From Nocardia terrae (GTDB taxonomy: Bacteria > Actinomycetota > Actinomycetes > Mycobacteriales > Mycobacteriaceae), in NCBI RefSeq assembly GCF_009760405.1, contig NZ_WRPP01000010.1:250711-274710 (forward strand): 24,000 bases of DNA. The letters are read 5' to 3'. Numbering within the stretch: position 1 is the first letter of the stretch; every line of letters begins with the position of its first letter. Under the pieces are notes generated by a model. It ran no database searches. It was not told where the DNA came from and saw only the letters and a program-made list of their open reading frames with translations. Made by a program: the position numbers and the translations under genes. Below, in pieces: positions 6,829-15,740 of this stretch.

Positions 6829-7476
6829 GTGTCTGTGCGACAAACGGCGACTGCTGGTGCTGGAGTACTGGCCACAGTCCTTCTGGTAGGGGTTTGGGCG
6901 GAAGGTTCGGCGAGTGCGGATGGGGTTGCTGACAAGTATCGGCAGACCGTGACCGATGACGGTTGGACACTGGCGGTCACCAAGACGGGGGAGAATCTGG
7001 ATCGGTGGCCGAACCTGGCGGGATCTCCGGTCAGCCGGGAAGGATTCGTCAGTCTCAAGGCGATCGCCGAGGTTACCGGCGCCGGAACGCAGCCCGTTAC
7101 CGGCGGCACCGTCACCCTCGGTTACCAGATCGGGTGCGCGGTCGATGTCTCCAACGGGCTGACTCTCGGGATGGGGTTGTCGATCGGTCCGAACGCCAGC
7201 GTCACCATCTCGCAATTCCCGGGAGTGACGATCGGCGGGCAGGCCTCGGTGAACCCGAACATCTCCACCACCCTGCGACCCGGTGCGATCTCCACGGTCG
7301 CGTTCGGTTCGAAACCGCTTGCCGCGTCGAGGGGTTCGATCACCGCCGAGCAGGTCGAGATCCGCGTGGACGCCTGCGCGGGACCGGTGACCATCCGCTC
7401 CTACGCCACCGCCGCGATCTCGACCCCGACCGCCGATCACAACATCACCGTCTACGGCGACGCCATCTGGCTGTGA
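6829..7476 (+). CDS. MspA-family mycomembrane porin
   Basis: Motifs resemble M. smegmatis MspA: GTVTLGYQIGCAV (MspA GTLELGYQIGFPW), ISQFPGVTI (MspA NLFPGVSI), C-terminal ITVYGDAIWL (MspA TTYGEPWNMN). Signal peptide VSVRQTATAGAGVLATVLLVGVWAEGSASA. GGAGAGG at 6814-6820 favours GTG 6829 or 6835 over ATG 6799. Confidence 0.85.
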   Translation: MSVRQTATAGAGVLATVLLVGVWAEGSASADGVADKYRQTVTDDGWTLAVTKTGENLDRWPNLAGSPVSREGFVSLKAIAEVTGAGTQPVTGGTVTLGYQIGCAVDVSNGLTLGMGLSIGPNASVTISQFPGVTIGGQASVNPNISTTLRPGAISTVAFGSKPLAASRGSITAEQVEIRVDACAGPVTIRSYATAAISTPTADHNITVYGDAIWL

Positions 7477-7542
7477 AACACAGCCGTGCCCCACTCCTTT
7501 CACCTCACCTCGTAGTGCGTTAGTCAAGGAAGGCCGACATCG

Positions 7543-7830
7543 ATGACCGACACCATTTCCGGCAGCACGACCGCGAGGACTCCCGACACGAAATCTGCTC
7601 CGCAACCATTGAATCCGACCGTTGTCGCGTTCGGTGGTCTGGCGCTGGGACTCGTGCTGTTGATCGTGGCCTTCGCGAATCTGAACCAGATGCCGGGCTG
7701 GGCCGACGATTACGGTTCGATCCTCGTCTATATGGCATTCTTCCTCTACATGTCGATCGCCGGCCGGCTGACCTGGTGGGGCATCGACACACTGCGCGAC
7801 CAGGCCACGGCCCGCCGAGGCCGCCGGTGA
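7543..7830 (+). CDS. Small 2-TM membrane protein (95 aa), hypothetical
   Basis: AAGGAAGG lies 8 nt upstream of the ATG. Two hydrophobic helices: VVAFGGLALGLVLLIVAF and ILVYMAFFLYMSIAG. The stop overlaps the next gene's start (GTGA). Confidence 0.7.
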   Translation: MTDTISGSTTARTPDTKSAPQPLNPTVVAFGGLALGLVLLIVAFANLNQMPGWADDYGSILVYMAFFLYMSIAGRLTWWGIDTLRDQATARRGRR

Positions 7831-10169
7831 GCATCCCGTTCACGCGCCTGTCCGCGCTCGGATTGGCCACGGGCGCAATCGGTCTCGGGATCGGCGCGCT
7901 GGCGCTCGCGGGGTCACCAGCCGCGGACGCGCAAGGTTATGTGCCCTGCGAGCAATGGCAGGCCATGCATCCGGGCTGGCCCTGCATCGATGTCCCGACC
8001 CCGCCGCCCGGCGGACCGCCGACGATCTCGACCCCGCCGCCGCTGCCATCACAGACTCCCGGCGTGCCGTCCCAGCCCGGCGGCGGCGGGGGAATCGGCG
8101 CAGGCGCGCTCACCCCGCCGTCCATCGCGCCGGGCACCGGAACACCGATCGTGCCCATCCCGGCACCTCCAGTGGAATCCGGCGAGGTGTCCGCGCCAAC
8201 CCCGGACCCGTCGCATTCGCCGGCCCCGGTCGCACCGGAAGATCCTGCGAGGCATCCGCACCCGGCCGGTGATACCCCCGCGCCCGAGCCGACCGACACA
8301 CCGGTTCCGCCGCCCGTACTCGCCCCGAGCCCGTCGCGGGACGAAGCGCCGGCCGCGCCGAGTCCGGCGCGTGAGGGCGGTGACGGACGAATCCCGTGGC
8401 TCCTGCTCGCAGGAGCGGGGGCCTTCCTGGCGCCGGCGCTGCGGCTGCGTGGCGGTAGCGCCGCGCGACAGCTGACGATCAACAAGCCCTGGGACGGCGG
8501 GCAACAGACCTTCATTCTGATGACCGACCCGAGCGCACCGCGCGAATACCGTTTCCCGCAAAACATTCCGCCCGGCGGCCGGTTGCGCAAGAATCCCGAT
8601 GGATCGATCGACGTACTCGACAACGCGGGAGCCGTTGTCTCGCACACGAAACCGCCCTGGGCCTACGACGCCCTGGGACGGCCCGTCCGCACGTGGTACG
8701 ACATCGAGGACGACACCATCGTCCAGCACATCGAACCCGACAGCGAGACGGTCTACCCGATCCTGGCCGACCCCGACACCGTGCCGCAGTGCACGATCAG
8801 CGATGACGGCCACGGTGGCACCACCACCTCGAGCAGCCACGGCGACGGCAGTGTCTTCAGCGCCCACGACGACGGGCACGGCAACGTCTCGACCGCCACC
8901 TCCACACCCGTACCCGGCAGTGGCGGCACCATCGACACCCGCATCGACAACGCCGACGGCACCACCAGCGACGTCCGGTCGGTCCCGGACGGAAACGGCG
9001 GGGTGACGACCTGGACCCGCAACCCCGACGGCTCACACACCGTCCAATACCCCGACGGCACGTTCTACCAGGAACCCGCCGCGGGCTCCGACAATCCCAT
9101 CCACGTGCAAGGACAGGTCACCGACACCGGAATCGACTCCCAATTCACCGACGGTTCCGGCAACGTCACCACCGCCACGACCACGACCACACCCGGAAAC
9201 ACCGACCTACACACCGAATACGAGACCCCGACCGGGCACGCGAGCAGTGACAGTCAGGTCACCGCCGGGAATTCGATCATCACCAAAACCCTCGACCAGG
9301 ACGGTGTTCCGATTGTCACCAGGTCGGTCCCGAATGCCGACGGCACGGTGTCCACACACTCGATCGTGGCGCAGACCACCGACGACCAGGGCAATGTGGT
9401 CTATCTGCAAGACGACGGCACACTGTTCACCCCCGATGTCGGTGACGGGACATCGGCCACCACGACCGTGGCCGACGACGGAACGATCACCATCGTGTCC
9501 TCGGACCTTTCGAAAATCGTCCTGTTCGCCGACGGTTCGGCAGCGGCATTCGACAAGTTCGGCAACAAGATCGACAAAGCCATCGACAAACAACTCCAAC
9601 GATGGCCACAGCGTGCCGCGCAGGGCGGCGCGGCGGCCACGAAGTTCCTCGTCGAGCGTCAACTCTCCTCGGTGCTGAGCGCGATGGAAAATCTCACTGC
9701 ACAGCTTTCCCGCGGGCAGGCCGTGATGAACGTCAGCACCGATTTCGATGCCGCATGGCTCGCGGCGTCGCGCTCGGCTTCGCAGAGCGCCGCGGCGGCC
9801 GAGGCGCTCGCGCCCGCGGCGTCGCGGCTCGGATTGGCCGCGAAGGTCCTCGGCAAGAGCGCGATCATCCTCGCCCCGCTCGGCATGTATTTCGATATCA
9901 AGCAGGGCGTTCGTCCGGGGCAGGCGATCACCTCCGGCACCGCGGGTGTCGCGGCCGGCATCCTCGCAGCCCCCGCCATCGCCGCAGGCGTAGCAGCGGC
10001 GGGGCTCGCAGCTCCGGCGATCGTCACAGGTGCCGCGGTGATCGGAGTCAGTGTCGGTGTCTACCTCGGCACCAAATGGCTGTACGGGCAGATGCCGACT
10101 GGCTGGCAAGATGGAATCGATGGTGGACTGCGATCGGTATGGAGCGGAATAAAAGGAGTGTTCTCATGA
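7827..10169 (+). CDS. Large (~780 aa) secreted/membrane protein: signal peptide, Pro-rich linker, TM segment, PWAYDALG domain, DG(S/T)-rich beta-repeat region, C-terminal small-xxx-small hydrophobic domain
   Basis: GTG 7827 is coupled to the upstream stop. Segments: signal-like LSALGLATGAIGLGIGALALAGSPAADA; Pro-rich region about 7995-8385; TM IPWLLLAGAGAFLAPAL; degenerate DG-containing repeats about 8800-9580; Ala/Gly zipper-like hydrophobic tail 9858-10166. No enzymatic motif recognised. Confidence 0.75.
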   Translation: MSIPFTRLSALGLATGAIGLGIGALALAGSPAADAQGYVPCEQWQAMHPGWPCIDVPTPPPGGPPTISTPPPLPSQTPGVPSQPGGGGGIGAGALTPPSIAPGTGTPIVPIPAPPVESGEVSAPTPDPSHSPAPVAPEDPARHPHPAGDTPAPEPTDTPVPPPVLAPSPSRDEAPAAPSPAREGGDGRIPWLLLAGAGAFLAPALRLRGGSAARQLTINKPWDGGQQTFILMTDPSAPREYRFPQNIPPGGRLRKNPDGSIDVLDNAGAVVSHTKPPWAYDALGRPVRTWYDIEDDTIVQHIEPDSETVYPILADPDTVPQCTISDDGHGGTTTSSSHGDGSVFSAHDDGHGNVSTATSTPVPGSGGTIDTRIDNADGTTSDVRSVPDGNGGVTTWTRNPDGSHTVQYPDGTFYQEPAAGSDNPIHVQGQVTDTGIDSQFTDGSGNVTTATTTTTPGNTDLHTEYETPTGHASSDSQVTAGNSIITKTLDQDGVPIVTRSVPNADGTVSTHSIVAQTTDDQGNVVYLQDDGTLFTPDVGDGTSATTTVADDGTITIVSSDLSKIVLFADGSAAAFDKFGNKIDKAIDKQLQRWPQRAAQGGAAATKFLVERQLSSVLSAMENLTAQLSRGQAVMNVSTDFDAAWLAASRSASQSAAAAEALAPAASRLGLAAKVLGKSAIILAPLGMYFDIKQGVRPGQAITSGTAGVAAGILAAPAIAAGVAAAGLAAPAIVTGAAVIGVSVGVYLGTKWLYGQMPTGWQDGIDGGLRSVWSGIKGVFS

Positions 10170-10357
10170 GACGGCTGTTCGGAAAACTGGCAATATGGTT
10201 TGCCTATTTCCTCAACCCGTCGTCCTCCCCCTCTCCACTGGATGCCGAAGACTTGGTCGAGAATCGACGCCAATCGGTGAAAGAGCGTCTTGCCGCATCC
10301 GAACGCCTATTGGACGAATACCGGGCAGCCCGCGGACTCCCACCCAAGCGCCGCTAG
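10166..10357 (+). CDS. Small (63 aa) protein translationally coupled to the large protein; possible cognate partner or immunity-like factor
   Basis: The ATG overlaps the upstream stop (ATGA), and AAAGGAG lies 7 nt upstream. N-terminal hydrophobic segment LFGKLAIWFAYFL, followed by a charged helical tail. Confidence 0.5.
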   Translation: MRRLFGKLAIWFAYFLNPSSSPSPLDAEDLVENRRQSVKERLAASERLLDEYRAARGLPPKRR

Positions 10358-10394
10358 ATCGCGGCGATCGAGTCACGGGAAGACACCTAGCCGC

Positions 10395-10480
10395 GACCCG
10401 GGCGGTTCGACCCCGCCAGCGTGACGCCACCGAAGATCAACGAGCCGAATATATCCCGTTGAGCCATCCGCTCATGGCGC
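10395..10480 (+). repeat. Degenerate copy (E) of the ~80-nt repeat, adjacent to the IS110 remnant
   Basis: Shares ccagc...cGAAGATCAAc...tgag at the same offsets as copy C, and lies a similar distance (about 113 vs 118 nt) from the gggtccgggat start of IS homology. Otherwise strongly diverged. Confidence 0.35.
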
Positions 10481-10528
10481 CCCTTCAGGTCAAGACCTGG
10501 TTCGGGTGTCGGGGTTACTCTGTTTGGT

Positions 10529-10950
10529 GGGTCCGGGATATGGCTTGTCCGAAGGATCGGTGTGCGGGTTGGAGCCGGTCGCGCTGGAGTGTGTAGTCGT
10601 TCCCGATTGCCCTCCCAGGCCTGCTAATTCGTGTCGGTCCTGGTCTGTGAGCATGCGTGTGTAGACGCTGTTGGACAGGCGGCGCTTGAGTGCTCGCATT
10701 GCTTCCATCGAGGTCTTGCCTGCGAGTCTTTTGCGGTCGTAGTAGGCGCGCCCGGGGTGCGGTGGCGGAGCTGGACAACGGCCATGATGTGGAGCACCCG
10801 GTTGATCTTGCGGTTGCCAGAGCGGGAAAGTCGATGCCGTTTCTGGTCTCCGGAGGAGGCGTCCAGCGGTGCGGTTCCGTTCCAGGACGCGAACCGGTCG
10901 CGGGTCGCGAAGCGGTGGATATCGCCAGTGTCGGCGAGAAGTCTTGCGGC
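10529..10950 (-). pseudogene. IS110-family transposase remnant (C-terminal Transposase_20 region only; truncated and frameshifted)
   Basis: Collinear with 23357..23790. It is near-identical over about the first 70 nt (gggtccgggatrtggcttgtccgaaggatcggtgtgcgggttggagccggtcgcgctggagt). Reading needs two frames (...FASWNGTAPLDASSGDQKRHRLSRSGNRKINRVLHIMAVVQLRH / GRAYYDRKRLAGKTSMEAMRALKRRLSNSVYTRML). Homology stops abruptly at about 10950, so the catalytic N-terminal half is missing. Confidence 0.8.
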
Positions 10951-11046
10951 GCTGGTCGTTGCCGCGGACGACTGACATCCGACTCGTCGACGTGTCCCGG
11001 CTGAAGATCAATGACGTGCGGCATCTCGGGGCTGAATCGGGCGATG

Positions 11047-11874
11047 TTATCGGCCCGTGCTGATCCCGAACATCTCGTGCGCCACGCCGAAGCCGAGGTC
11101 GTGGACCAGGCGGCGTTTCCAGGGGCGGGTGGCGATGGCGTGGGTCAATCGGCGGGTCGTGCGTGGTTGTTTCATGATGGTCTCAGCCAGTTCCCTCGCT
11201 CGGGGAAGCAGCTTTGTCGGGGGGAGAACCTCATTGACCAGTCCGAGTTCGAGCGCTTCCCGGGCGTCAATGGGCCGACCGGTGTAGAGGTGATAGGACG
11301 CGCGCTTGGTGCCGAGGATCTCCTGCAGGGTCAGTTGCTGGCCGTCGCCGGGTGCGGTTCCCACCAGGAAGTGCGGATCGGTGATGGTGGCTGTTTCTGC
11401 TGCCAAGGTGATGTCGCACAGCAGCGCGAATTCCGTGTGCGCGATGCTCGGGCCGTTGATCGCTGCGATCGTAGGGATGTCGATGCCGAAGACGAAGTTC
11501 TCCATCAGCTTGGTCGCGTCGTAATAGCCGTGCTCGTAACCGAAGTCCGGTGGGAAGGGGCCGGAGGTCGTCCTTCGCGCGGATTCAGCCGGTGCCGGGT
11601 CCGGAGCGCCGAGCCACCGGTCTCCGGTTCCGGTGAGGATGAGCACCTCGTTCTCCGGGTCGTTGCCGATCTCGAGCCATGCCTGTGCCCACGCGTTGTG
11701 AACGGCGAAATCGAACTGCGCGGGACCGTCATCGGTGTGCATCCGCAGCTCGAGGATGCCGTCTCGGCGTTGCATGGCGAAATACCTCGAGTACTTCTGC
11801 GCGTAGTCGTCGAAGTCGGGGCGTGGTACGAAACCGCCTGTGCGCGTGCGCCATTCGTCCAGACTGCCGGGCAT
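11047..11874 (-). CDS. Enoyl-CoA hydratase/isomerase (crotonase) family protein
   Basis: Crotonase-fold pattern: VLILTGTGDRW..., IPTIAAINGP...H.EFALLCDITLAAE, YHLYTGRPIDAREALELGLVNEVLP. GAAAGG lies about 9 nt upstream of the ATG. Confidence 0.85.
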   Translation of the reverse strand: MPGSLDEWRTRTGGFVPRPDFDDYAQKYSRYFAMQRRDGILELRMHTDDGPAQFDFAVHNAWAQAWLEIGNDPENEVLILTGTGDRWLGAPDPAPAESARRTTSGPFPPDFGYEHGYYDATKLMENFVFGIDIPTIAAINGPSIAHTEFALLCDITLAAETATITDPHFLVGTAPGDGQQLTLQEILGTKRASYHLYTGRPIDAREALELGLVNEVLPPTKLLPRARELAETIMKQPRTTRRLTHAIATRPWKRRLVHDLGFGVAHEMFGISTGR

Positions 11875-12399
11875 GATGTTGACCTTTCGTCGCCGATCCG
11901 GGCTGGGTAACCCGTAAGTCGGACGATACGAGTACTCATGCTCTGTCGCCAGGTCGACAAGGTGGCGCCCGTAACGAAATGACGACTACGGCAATGGTTG
12001 TCGCGTAACGTGGCGGGACGAGTTGATCTCGCCGGGCCAGGGCGCGTTGTCGCCCCGCTGGGAGCGTCGCACGCGGCGCGCAGTAAAGCAGAGCCGCTGA
12101 CTGGATACGTGGCAATACAATGGCTTTCGAGCCCCAACAGGATGCGCTCAACCGCGCGAATCATGTTGGGGGGTGCGAGCGGTACGCCTCGTGACGAAAG
12201 AGAGCAACCCCTTGTTGATCGTAACGAAAACAGTCACGAAACGGCGATTGCGACTGACCTACCGCGCGATCACGTCGACGGAGAAGATCGAAGCCGAACA
12301 TTCCGGCCAAGGTACAACCGAGAGCCTTCCGCAGCTTTGCGTGCTGGCTCCTAGCCTAGGTTGCCCAGGACAAGCAACGCACTGCCCTAGCTGCGAGAC

Positions 12400-12478
12400 G
12401 CGCTGATCGAACCGGTCAGCGCAGCGGGGCGGAAGGTCCAGTGGCGGTACAGGTCCGAGGTTGACCGAAAGTCCTCCA
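12400..12478 (+). repeat. Interspersed ~80-nt structured repeat, copy B
   Basis: gcgctgatcgaaccggtcagcgcagcggggcggaaggtccagtggcggtacaggtccgaggttgaccgaaagtcctcca. The shared left flank TAGCyGyGAGrCGC with copy A suggests the unit starts about 12 nt earlier. Confidence 0.85.
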
Positions 12479-12621
12479 GCGGAATGCAGGGCGTGGTCAG
12501 ATCTCGAGTCGGATCGGTTCGCTGACCGGGCCGCGGGCAGGTCGACTCCGTCATCGTAGGGGTGATTGACGAGGTGGAGCGTTTTCTCTCAATTGTGCTG
12601 TGCTCGTGAGACTCTGGAGGG

Positions 12622-13365
12622 GTGGGGATTCTGAACGTGCGCATCGATGACCGCTTCGGTTACCCGTGTGTGTGGCTGTGGTCGCCCGACCCAGATCTGG
12701 ACCGCGTGTTACGCGAACGACTCCTCGACCGCGACCCGCCATGGTTCGGTGGCCGCCTCGAATTGGAGGTGTTTCGCCGAGGCTGGAACGGTAGATCGCG
12801 GTCGGAGTTTCGCCTGTTGCTCGAATCGCTGTCCGAGCAGCAATTGCTGACCGGGATATCGGTCAGCTACTTCGTGGACGCTCGAACCGCGGTGCTCGGT
12901 GTCGATGGTGGCGGCCTGGACACTTTGATGTCGATGCTCGACGACGCACTGACCAAACCCCTTGTGGAACTCAGTTTGCGGCTGTTGAGTGCCGAGCGGG
13001 TTGTGATCTACGACGTACCAGAGGTCTTGGAGGAGATCTACGCGGACGGTTTGCGGGATCTGGGTCTCTCATGGACTGTCGACACTACAAGGCGAGATCA
13101 GGAACTGGCCCGACGGCAACAGCAGAAGAGAAGGCACGGTGGGGGATTCAGGATGTCGGCACCGCCTGGAATCGACATGATCGTTGCAGTCAGCGCCACC
13201 GAAGACGCGCAGACGCTCACCACTCGGATACTGAACGGATTCATCGATCGATACCGTGTGAAAAGACTCGACATCCAGTTGGTAGACGGAACCACACTCG
13301 CGATCGAGGACGCGACACCAGCTTCCATCGAGCCCCTGCTGGTTCGGATCGACAAGTTGTCGTAG
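12622..13365 (+). CDS. Hypothetical protein (247 aa), no recognised domain
   Basis: Single long ORF with coding-like third-position GC and no competing ORF. The start is ambiguous: GTG 12622 sits directly after GGAGG, and GTG 12637 is the alternative. Confidence 0.55.
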   Translation: MGILNVRIDDRFGYPCVWLWSPDPDLDRVLRERLLDRDPPWFGGRLELEVFRRGWNGRSRSEFRLLLESLSEQQLLTGISVSYFVDARTAVLGVDGGGLDTLMSMLDDALTKPLVELSLRLLSAERVVIYDVPEVLEEIYADGLRDLGLSWTVDTTRRDQELARRQQQKRRHGGGFRMSAPPGIDMIVAVSATEDAQTLTTRILNGFIDRYRVKRLDIQLVDGTTLAIEDATPASIEPLLVRIDKLS

Positions 13366-13593
13366 CTGCCCCGTTCCGTTCGGCGATGCAGATCCGAGCT
13401 TGGGGACGCAGCTGGAGCTGCGACGAATCCCTTGGAAACATCAACCAGCAGAGTCTATCTCGGATCCTGAGCGAACCAGTGCACGTCAGCGCCTTCACCC
13501 GCGTCGAATTCGAGGGTTCCGGCGTGTCTACGCAGGGCGACGCCGTGCGGCTGACCGCTGCTCACGCGGAGGCCCCGGCTGGAGCCGCCCGTC

Positions 13594-14325
13594 TCACGCC
13601 AGTAGCTTGCCCCATCGAGAATCGAGCAGCGGGGCGCCGGCGAGTTGCAGACAGCGCCACAGTGTCACCGCGACCGAGTCCAGAACCGCTGTGCCGGTGT
13701 TCGACTCCAGCTCGGCCACGATCGGCGCCCCGTACAGATTCGTGCACAGGAACACCAGAGCGTCGGGGCGGTCCCGCGCCAGTTCGAGTGAGCCCGGGAG
13801 CAGCTCGCCGGCCCGGACACGGGCGAAGGACTCGTTGTCGCTCAGTCCCAGGGCGCGGTGGGCGGAGACGCGGACCCCTTCGTCGGCATAGCGATCGATC
13901 ACCTGCCGGTTGACATCCGCGGTGTAGGGAGTCATGAGCCCGATCGTCGCGATCCCGAATTCGGCGAAGGCGTCGAGGTAGGCCAGCGTCGACGTCGTTG
14001 CGGGAACGCCTGTGGCTGAGGTGATCTCGGCCGCGATCTCCCGGTCGTGCCGCGGTCCGAGCCATGAGCCGGAGGTGCCGTTCCAGGCGATGACGTCGAC
14101 GTCGGCGGTGGCGAGCAGTTCGGCGGCCCGCCGCATGCCCTCGACATCGAACTGTCGATCCGAGCCCGCGTCGAGCGCGATTCGGGTGACGGGGATGCGT
14201 GCGGAGTGGATCGTGACATCCGCACGGTCGCCGAGGATCCGATAACTCATCGGCTCGAGACACGTGTTCGACGAGGGCACGATCATGCCGATTCTGGTCG
14301 GGCGTCGGGCATCCACTGTGATCAC
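13594..14325 (-). CDS. Asp/Glu racemase superfamily protein, maleate cis-trans isomerase / arylmalonate decarboxylase-like
   Basis: Motifs: RIGMIVPSSNTCLE near the N-terminus, a second Cys motif FLCTNL, and about 240 aa length. GTG 14325 overlaps the upstream stop (GTGA). GTG 14316 is an alternative start, with GGAAGG 8 nt upstream. Confidence 0.8.
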   Translation of the reverse strand: MITVDARRPTRIGMIVPSSNTCLEPMSYRILGDRADVTIHSARIPVTRIALDAGSDRQFDVEGMRRAAELLATADVDVIAWNGTSGSWLGPRHDREIAAEITSATGVPATTSTLAYLDAFAEFGIATIGLMTPYTADVNRQVIDRYADEGVRVSAHRALGLSDNESFARVRAGELLPGSLELARDRPDALVFLCTNLYGAPIVAELESNTGTAVLDSVAVTLWRCLQLAGAPLLDSRWGKLLA

Positions 14326-15740
14326 CTTCCTGCTGCTGCGACGAGTTCTTCGCGTGCCGCCGCCTCGCGGTAGCCGCGGCGCGCGAGGAAACGACCCACC
14401 GGTCCGGGGTCGTGGAAGCCACGCTCGTCGAGGACCACTCGGCCACCCGCCACCACGATCTGCGGCCAGCCGCGCAACAGCTCTCCCTCGAACGGGGAGA
14501 AATCGGTGCCCATGTGCAACGCCCGGCTGTCGACGGCGCGGACCTCGGCGGGGTCGAATACGACGAGGTCGGCGTCGTAGCCGGGCGCGATCACACCCTT
14601 GCCGGGCAACGCGTTGATACGAGCCGGGCCCGTGGAGAACAGTTCCACGAACCGTTCGAGTGCCCGCGGTGTCGGTGAGCCCAGAGCCGTGAACGCGACA
14701 GGCATGCGTGTCTCGACCCCGGGCAGCCCGTGCGGCATCTGCCGGATGTCGTCGCTGCGCTCACGCTTCTGGGTGAGGTCGTAGCAGGAGTGGTCGCTGG
14801 CGATCGTGTGGATCGAGCCGTCCGCGAACCGCTTCCGCAGTGCCGCAACCGTTTCGGGCGAGCGCATGGGCGGGCAGCACGCGAACCGTTCCGGGAAGCG
14901 CGACGCGTACACGCCATCGTCGAGTACCAGGTAATGCGGGCAGGTTTCGGAGTGGACGTCGAGGCCGCGGGCGCGGGCCGCCGCGACCAGGTCGACGGCG
15001 CCGGGCGTCGACTGATGGACGAAATACACCGGTGCGCCGGTGTATTCGGCCATCGCGAGGACCTCACGGACCGAGGCTTCCTCGGCGAGCTCGGGCCGGG
15101 TCTCGTGCAGGTGCGCGATCCCGATCTCACCCGCGGCGGCGTGCCGGGCCGTGCAATCCACGACCAGGGCGTCGTGCTCGGCGTGAATGTAGGTCAGGCC
15201 GTCCAGGCGCACCATTTCCCGCATGACCCGCAGGACGGTGTCGTCGTCGGCCATCGTGGTGCCGCGATTGGTCATGTACATCTTGACCGAGCGAATGCCG
15301 AGCGCCGCGAGTTCCTCGAGCTGCGCCGGTACCGTCTCGTCCCAGGTGATGACCGACGCGTGCAGGGCGACGTCGCAGCGGGCCGCGCGGGCGAGGTCGA
15401 GCTTGTTCCGCGCGGCCGCCAGCGGAGATTCGTCCGCGTCGCGCGGGATGCCGAAGTCGAGAATCGTGGTCGTGCCGCCCCACAGTGCGGCCGTCGACGT
15501 CACCGCGAAGTCGTCGAGCGTGCGATAGCGGCCCGTCACCTGGGCGACGTGGCAATGCCCGTCGACCCCGCCCGGGATCACCACGCGTCCCGTCGCGTCG
15601 ACGACTCGCAGGGCTTCGGGTACCGGCTCGGACGCGTCGAGGACAGCGATCACCCGACCCCCGGAGACGACGACGTGCGCGGCCTGCGAGCCGGAGGCGT
15701 TGACGACGAGACCATGGGCGATCACGAGATCGGCCTTCAT
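14322..15740 (-). CDS. Cyclic amidohydrolase, D-hydantoinase/dihydropyrimidinase family
   Basis: Motifs: GGVDGHCH (HxH metal site), VKMYM (carbamylated Lys context), downstream His residues, and SDHS (catalytic Asp). Length 472 aa. The ATG overlaps the upstream stop (ATGA). Confidence 0.9.
   Translation of the reverse strand: MKADLVIAHGLVVNASGSQAAHVVVSGGRVIAVLDASEPVPEALRVVDATGRVVIPGGVDGHCHVAQVTGRYRTLDDFAVTSTAALWGGTTTILDFGIPRDADESPLAAARNKLDLARAARCDVALHASVITWDETVPAQLEELAALGIRSVKMYMTNRGTTMADDDTVLRVMREMVRLDGLTYIHAEHDALVVDCTARHAAAGEIGIAHLHETRPELAEEASVREVLAMAEYTGAPVYFVHQSTPGAVDLVAAARARGLDVHSETCPHYLVLDDGVYASRFPERFACCPPMRSPETVAALRKRFADGSIHTIASDHSCYDLTQKRERSDDIRQMPHGLPGVETRMPVAFTALGSPTPRALERFVELFSTGPARINALPGKGVIAPGYDADLVVFDPAEVRAVDSRALHMGTDFSPFEGELLRGWPQIVVAGGRVVLDERGFHDPGPVGRFLARRGYREAAAREELVAAAGR

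Noticed and set aside
8000-8400. Pro/Ala-rich repetitive DNA, considered as a tandem repeat or contingency locus
   Set aside because: There is no exact nucleotide repeat unit. The low complexity is at protein level (PxP linker) within a continuous ORF.
13400-13593. Short minus-strand reading frame ...VSSGQPHGVALRRHAGTLEFDAGEGADVHWFAQDPR* in the convergent gap
   Set aside because: It is about 36 codons with no start context or recognisable domain. It is probably a gene fragment or chance ORF.
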